This document shows, in pieces, positions 59,250-64,000 of a DNA stretch of 64,000 bases. This DNA comes from Gemmatimonadota bacterium (GTDB lineage Bacteria > Gemmatimonadota > Gemmatimonadetes > Gemmatimonadales > GWC2-71-9): contig QHTZ01000067.1 in the NCBI GenBank assembly GCA_003221005.1, forward strand, positions 38,116 to 102,115. Reading direction: 5' to 3'. The first letter of the stretch is position 1. Each line of letters starts with the position of its first letter. Under the pieces are notes generated by a model. It was not told where the DNA came from, did not search any database, and was given only the letters and a program-made list of their open reading frames with translations. A program made the position numbers and the translations under genes.

Positions 59250-60812
59250 ATGGGAGCGTCGCATGTCCTGCCAAGGCACCAAGGGCTCCGACACGCCGCT
59301 GTGAGCGCGGTGCACACCGCGCGCCCCGTCATCATCGGGTCCGGCCTCGCCGGCCTGTGGACCGCGTGGCGGATGGCGGTAGCGGGTCGCGCCTGTCTCC
59401 TCGTGACCAAGCGCAGCCTGGCTGACAGTGCCAGTGCCTGGGCGCAAGGCGGCATCGCGGCGGCTCTCGGCCCCGGAGACAGCCCGGCCCTGCACGCCGC
59501 CGACACGCTGGCGGCGAGCGACGGGCTCGCGGACCCCGAGGCGGTCCGCATCCTCACGAGCGAAGGGCCCGAGCGCATCCGGCAGCTGGTAGCGTTGGGC
59601 GCGACGTTCGATCGCGGGCCCGATGGGCGCCTCGCGTTCGGCCTCGAGGCCGCACACAGCCGGCCGCGGATCCTGCACGCCGGCGGCGACCGGACGGGGG
59701 CGATGCTGGTGCATTGCCTGGCTCGGATCGTGGCCGATCACCCCCAAATCGAGATTCGGGAGCACACGGAAGTCGCCCGCTTGTTGCTCGCCGATGGCCG
59801 CGTGGTGGGGGTGGTAGCGGTCGTGGCGGGCGGCGGCGTGCTGACGCTACCGGCTCCGGCGGTCGTTCTGGCGACGGGCGGCGTGGGACAGCTCTACGCC
59901 CTCACGACCAATCCTCTCGTGGCGACGGGCGATGGCTGGGCGCTGGCGCACCACGTGGGCGCCGAGCTGCGCGACATCGAGTTCCTGCAGTTCCATCCCA
60001 CCGCGCTCAAGCTCGCGGGCGTGAACCCCGCGCCCCTCATCTCGGAAGCGGTCCGGGGTGCGGGCGCGACCCTGGTGGACCAGCACGGTCGCCGGTTCTT
60101 GGTCGAGGTGGATCCCCGCGCGGAGCTGGCACCACGGCATGTCGTGGCGCGCGCCGTCGCCGCCGCCGACCGCGCGGGCGGAGCGTGGCTGGACGCGCGC
60201 CGCGTGAAGGGCTTCGCTGCGCACTTCCCCTCCATCAGGGCGATGCTCGCGGGCCACGGCCTCGATCCCGCGCGCGATCTCATCCCCGTGGCGCCAGCGA
60301 TGCACTACGCCATGGGCGGGATCGCGACCGATCTGGCCGGGCGCTCGAGCGTCCCCGGGCTCTGGGCCGTGGGCGAGGTGGCCTGCACCGGCGTCCACGG
60401 CGCGAACCGCCTGGCATCGAACTCGCTGCTCGAGGGGCTGGTGTTCGCCGATCGCGCGGGGCGCGCACTCGCCGCGCTGCCCGCACGGCGGCCGCCCGCG
60501 GCGTCGCCGGAAGCGTCCGGGTGGCCACCCGATCGCGACGCCGACGCGGAATGCGAGGCGCTGCGCCGCCAGCTGCGGCTGGTGATGACGGCCGACGTGG
60601 GAATCGAGCGCAGCGAGTCGTCGCTGCTGCGTGCTGCGCGCGCCTTGGCCGAGCTCCTCGCGGCGGCCCCGCCGTCGGCATGGCGTACGCGTAACCAGAT
60701 CACCGTAGCGCTGCTCATCACGGAGGCCGCGCGGCGACGGCGCGAGACGCGGGGCGGCCACGCCCGGCTCGACTACCCGCGGCGGGCCGGCGTGCCGGCG
60801 GTCGCATCATGA
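59250..60812 (+). CDS. nadB: L-aspartate oxidase
   Basis: PVIIGSGLAGLWTA, ASAWAQGGIAAA and EVACTGVHGANRLASNSLLEG. The start is either the ATG at 59250 or the GTG at 59301. Confidence 0.9.
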   Translation: MGASHVLPRHQGLRHAAVSAVHTARPVIIGSGLAGLWTAWRMAVAGRACLLVTKRSLADSASAWAQGGIAAALGPGDSPALHAADTLAASDGLADPEAVRILTSEGPERIRQLVALGATFDRGPDGRLAFGLEAAHSRPRILHAGGDRTGAMLVHCLARIVADHPQIEIREHTEVARLLLADGRVVGVVAVVAGGGVLTLPAPAVVLATGGVGQLYALTTNPLVATGDGWALAHHVGAELRDIEFLQFHPTALKLAGVNPAPLISEAVRGAGATLVDQHGRRFLVEVDPRAELAPRHVVARAVAAADRAGGAWLDARRVKGFAAHFPSIRAMLAGHGLDPARDLIPVAPAMHYAMGGIATDLAGRSSVPGLWAVGEVACTGVHGANRLASNSLLEGLVFADRAGRALAALPARRPPAASPEASGWPPDRDADAECEALRRQLRLVMTADVGIERSESSLLRAARALAELLAAAPPSAWRTRNQITVALLITEAARRRRETRGGHARLDYPRRAGVPAVAS

Positions 60813-61750
60813 CCGACTTAGTCACCGAGATCCGGGCGCTCAAGGTCGCGCGGCGCGCGGCGATCATCGCGCACAACTACCAGCGCCCCGAGATCCAGGA
60901 CCTGGCCGACGTAGTGGCCGACTCGCTCACCATGGCACGGCGCGCGATCGCCATCGACGCGTCCGTGATCGTCATTTGCGGGGTGCACTTCATGGCCGAG
61001 ACCGCCGCGATTGCAAACCCCGACAAGCGGGTGCTCATCCCGGACCCCGGTGCCGGGTGCTCCCTCGCGGCGACCATCCAGGCCGCAGACGTGCGCGCCT
61101 GGCGGGCCGCCCACCCCGATGGCGTCGTGGTCGCCTACGTGAACACGAGCGCGGCGGTGAAGGCGGAGGTCGACTACTGTTGCACTTCGGGGAACGCAGT
61201 CGCCGTGATTAACGCGCTCCCGCCCGACGTGCCGGTCCTGTTTCTTCCGGATTTCTTCCTCGGGAGCTACCTGCGGCGCGTGACCGGCCGGCCGCTCGAC
61301 GTCTGGATGGGGGAATGCCACGTACACGCGGCCTTGACGCCAGACGTACTCGAAGCAAAGCGCCGCGAGCATCCGGACGCGGAATTCCTGGTCCATCCCG
61401 AGTGCGGCTGCGTCACGAGCGCGATGTACTACGCCGAGGTGGATGGCGACGTCGCCGCCGGCCGGACGCGCATCGTTTCGACCGAGCAGATGATGCGGCG
61501 CGCGCGCGCCTCGAGCGCCAGGGAGTTCGTGGTGGCGACGGAAACGGGCGTGCTGCACCGCCTGCGGCGTGAGAACCCCGAGAAGCAGTTCTCCGCGCTC
61601 GCCGAGTCAGCGGAGTGCCGCTACATGAAGATGATCACGCTGGAGAACCTCCGGGACGCGCTCCGCGACCTGAAATACGAGGTGACGGTGCCGCCCGAGA
61701 CGGCGGCGCGGGCGCGGCGCGCCATCGAGCGGATGCTCGCGATTGGCTGA
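60809..61750 (+). CDS. nadA: Quinolinate synthase
   Basis: AAIIAHNYQRPEIQDLADVVADS, CGVHFMAET and VHPECG. ATGA overlap with nadB. Confidence 0.9.
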   Translation: MTDLVTEIRALKVARRAAIIAHNYQRPEIQDLADVVADSLTMARRAIAIDASVIVICGVHFMAETAAIANPDKRVLIPDPGAGCSLAATIQAADVRAWRAAHPDGVVVAYVNTSAAVKAEVDYCCTSGNAVAVINALPPDVPVLFLPDFFLGSYLRRVTGRPLDVWMGECHVHAALTPDVLEAKRREHPDAEFLVHPECGCVTSAMYYAEVDGDVAAGRTRIVSTEQMMRRARASSAREFVVATETGVLHRLRRENPEKQFSALAESAECRYMKMITLENLRDALRDLKYEVTVPPETAARARRAIERMLAIG

Positions 61751-62591
61751 CGCGCGCGGCCGGAACGAGGTGGGCCGGGCGCTGGCGGAGGACCGGGCGA
61801 CGCACGACGTGACCACCCAGCTCCTCGGACCCGCCGCGGAGCGCCCCGCCTACGCCGACTTCGTCGCCGAAGCGCGGTTCGTGCTCGCCGGGATCCCGGT
61901 CGTCGCTAGCGTCTTTGCGGAGCTCGAGCCGACGGCGCGGGTCGATGCGCGGTGCAAGGAGGGAGACTGGGTCGCGGCCGGCACAGTGCTCGCCCGCGTG
62001 CGAGCCCGCGCCGGCACGCTCCTCGCCGGCGAGCGCGTCGCACTGAATTTCCTGCAGCGGTTGTCGGGGGTCGCCACCCTGACGCGCCGGGCGGTGGACG
62101 CGGTGGCCGGGACCGGCGCACGGATCACACACACGCGCAAGACGACGCCCGGCCTCCGGGCGCTCGAGCGTTACGCCGTCACCGTGGGGGGTGGGGTTGC
62201 GAACCGGGGATCACTCGCCGAGGCGGTCTTCTGGAAGGACAACCACTGGGCGCTCCTCGGCGACCGCGACCTGGCCGCGACGCTGGCTGCCGCGCCCGCG
62301 GGGGCGCCCGTGGTCGTCGAGGTGGAGAACGACGCCCAGCTCGAGCAGGCGCTCGGCGCCGGCGTGAGGTACATCCTGGCCGATAACCAGTCGCCCGAGC
62401 GCGTGGCAGCGTGGGTGCGGCGCGTGGGTCCGGGCGTCGCCGTCCAGGCCTCGGGCGGCATCACGCCGGAGACGGCTCGGGCTTACGCGGAGGCGGGAGC
62501 GACGCTGATCTCGATCGGCGCGCTCACCCACTCGGCGCCCGCCGCGCCGATCCGGTGCGACATTGGAACGGTACCACCCTCTCCCAGTTGA
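61743..62591 (+). CDS. nadC: Nicotinate-nucleotide diphosphorylase (carboxylating)
   Basis: ITHTRKTTPGLRALERYAVTVGGGVANR, VEVENDAQLEQAL and ASGGITPE. Confidence 0.9.
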   Translation: MADARGRNEVGRALAEDRATHDVTTQLLGPAAERPAYADFVAEARFVLAGIPVVASVFAELEPTARVDARCKEGDWVAAGTVLARVRARAGTLLAGERVALNFLQRLSGVATLTRRAVDAVAGTGARITHTRKTTPGLRALERYAVTVGGGVANRGSLAEAVFWKDNHWALLGDRDLAATLAAAPAGAPVVVEVENDAQLEQALGAGVRYILADNQSPERVAAWVRRVGPGVAVQASGGITPETARAYAEAGATLISIGALTHSAPAAPIRCDIGTVPPSPS

Positions 62592-62633
62592 CTTCCAACG
62601 CATCCGGAACCCTGCGAGATTGTTTCGGGGTTC

Positions 62634-63803
62634 ATGAGCAAGTTCTCCTCGGGAGGGGCCGTGAAAATCCTTGACAGTCAGTGGCGAAGGAGGGTGCGCG
62701 TCGGCGCCACGGCGGCGCTCGCCCTGTTCTTGGGCGCGTGCGGCCGCAGGGGGCAAGCGCCGGCGTTCCCGCCTCCAGAAGTGGCGGTGGTGGTCGTACA
62801 GCCGAGCACGGTCCCCGAGTCCTACGAGTTCAGCGCCGAGGTGGCGCCGTACCGTCGTGTCGAGGTTCGCGCCCGGGTGGATGGCATCATCCAGGAGCGG
62901 GCCTTCACCGAGGGAGCCGTTGTCGAGCCGGGACAGGTGCTCTACCGCCTGGATCGCGTTCGCTACGACGCGTCATACCGAGCCGCGCTGGCACGGTTCG
63001 CGAACGCCAAGCGGACGCTCGAGCGGCTCGAGCCGCTGCTGGGGCAGCACGCGGTCGCGCAGCAGGACGTGGACAATGCACGGTCCGAGTACGAAGCGTC
63101 CCAGGCCGCCCTGGAGCAGGTGAAGAAGGACCTCGACGACACCGACGTGCGCGCCGAGATCCCGGGGCGTGTGGGGCGGACCGAGCTCGACGTCGGCGCC
63201 CGGGTGACCGGACCGGCCGACCTGCTGACGACGATCGACCGGCTGGATCCCGTCTACGTGTCCTTCCGGCCGTCTTCCGCGCAGCTCCTCGCCTGGCATC
63301 AGAACGTCCGAGCACGCGCCCTGATCCACCCGGGGAGTGCGCTCGCGGTGCAGGTCGAGTTACCCGACGGCTCGGTGCTGCCGCGGACCGGCCGGCTCGA
63401 CTTCGTCGCGCCGGCGCTCGACCCCGCCACGGGGACGCAGGAATTCCGGGCCCTCTTCTCGAACCCCGATCGGCTCCTCATGCCGGGGCAGTTCGTGCGG
63501 GCCGTGCTGGTGGGCTTCGCGCGGGAGAGCGCGCTCGCCGTGCCGCTGCGCGCGGTGCAATCGGGCCTCGGCCGGCAATTCGTGTACGTGGTGGGTGTGG
63601 GGGACACGGCCAAGATGCGAGACGTCCAGCCGGGGCCCTGGAGCGGGCGCCTCTGGATCATCGATCGGGGGTTGAACGCGGGCGATCGCGTGGTGGTCGA
63701 TGGCGTCCAGAAGGTGATCCCCGGGCGCCCGGTGCGGCCCGTGCCGCTCGCGGACTCGGCGTCAGCCGCATCGCGGGCGCAGCCCCCGGGGCCCGGGCGA
63801 TGA
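62634..63803 (+). CDS. RND efflux periplasmic adaptor (MFP/HlyD family)
   Basis: Lipobox FLGAC. A coiled-coil hairpin region. C-terminal [14 protein letters not shown]. Confidence 0.85.
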   Translation: MSKFSSGGAVKILDSQWRRRVRVGATAALALFLGACGRRGQAPAFPPPEVAVVVVQPSTVPESYEFSAEVAPYRRVEVRARVDGIIQERAFTEGAVVEPGQVLYRLDRVRYDASYRAALARFANAKRTLERLEPLLGQHAVAQQDVDNARSEYEASQAALEQVKKDLDDTDVRAEIPGRVGRTELDVGARVTGPADLLTTIDRLDPVYVSFRPSSAQLLAWHQNVRARALIHPGSALAVQVELPDGSVLPRTGRLDFVAPALDPATGTQEFRALFSNPDRLLMPGQFVRAVLVGFARESALAVPLRAVQSGLGRQFVYVVGVGDTAKMRDVQPGPWSGRLWIIDRGLNAGDRVVVDGVQKVIPGRPVRPVPLADSASAASRAQPPGPGR

Positions 63804-64000
63804 GCGCCGCGCCGCCGCCCGCCGGGCCGCCGCCCGAGATCCGGTACCTCTTCATCCGCCGGCCCGTGCTTGCCGGCGTGATCTCCATCGTCATCACGCT
63901 GCTCGGGGGCTTCGCGATCCGGCTCCTGCCCCTGTCGCGGTATCCGCAAATCGCGCCTCCCGCGGTCCAGGTCGCGGCGGCGTATCCGGGCGCGACGGCC
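63800..64000 (+). CDS. RND efflux permease (AcrB family), N-terminal fragment; continues beyond the window
   Basis: My own translation from the ATG at 63800 (ATGA overlap) gives ...[50 protein letters not shown]. Confidence 0.85.
   Translation, partial: MSAAPPPAGPPPEIRYLFIRRPVLAGVISIVITLLGGFAIRLLPLSRYPQIAPPAVQVAAAYPGATA

Noticed and set aside
1-64000. Search for CRISPR arrays, tRNA/rRNA genes, transposases, integrases, phage genes and toxin-antitoxin or defence-system hallmarks.
   Set aside because: I found no regularly spaced direct repeats and no recognisable recombinase or transposase motifs in any listed ORF. I found no obvious tRNA-like sequence in the intergenic gaps I examined. Absence is based on visual inspection only (tRNAscan, Infernal and CRISPR finders were not run).

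Overview
This is a very high-GC bacterial chromosomal window, possibly Acidobacteriota or Gemmatimonadota (taxonomy not verifiable here). Genes are tightly packed, and many adjacent genes overlap by GTGA or ATGA, which suggests translational coupling. I found no rRNA, tRNA, CRISPR array, transposase or integrase. Many long ORFs in the track are antisense shadows or false 5' extensions caused by the GC content; I trimmed the extensions to the start that overlaps the upstream stop codon. Contents from left to right: (1) A TonB-dependent receptor fragment, an MFS transporter, a quinone oxidoreductase and a serine hydrolase. (2) A four-gene operon of alpha/beta hydrolase, GT4, CE4 deacetylase and MprF-like flippase, resembling an aminoglycolipid pathway. 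(3) A secreted IPT/Kelch lipoprotein and a Tat-exported amidase. (4) An accessory cluster of about 18.5 kb (12.5-31.1 kb). It has four B12-binding radical SAM enzymes, one radical SAM/SPASM enzyme, three SAM methyltransferases, an HprK-like P-loop kinase and an SGNH hydrolase. It also has GT4-GNAT-PIG-L-GT4, a GT2, a sulfotransferase and a decayed carbamoyltransferase. (5) An msrAB fusion with an internal deletion, and an OmpR/HK pair in which the kinase lacks the G1 ATP-binding box. (6) Envelope and stress genes: lactonase propeller, DUF1111 di-heme protein, DedA, DUF445, uppP, CHRD, and secreted Spy-like proteins including a Spy-RidA fusion. (7) An EgtD-family (Methyltransf_33) methyltransferase followed by a betaine-type ABC transporter and an MFS transporter. 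(8) Divergently from that operon, the most interesting locus. A 30-aa tandem-repeat Cys-His peptide is followed by an aldo/keto reductase with a PqqD-like tail, a DUF692 (MNIO) oxidase and an RRE-containing partner. This looks like a RiPP-type cassette that I cannot assign to a described family. (9) arsM, rpsU, csp, a c-di-GMP module (pseudo-receiver with degenerate GGDEF, a lipoprotein, TPR-HD-GYP), ICMT, DoxX and dps. Then nadBAC with a tandem-repeat leader, and the start of an RND efflux pump.
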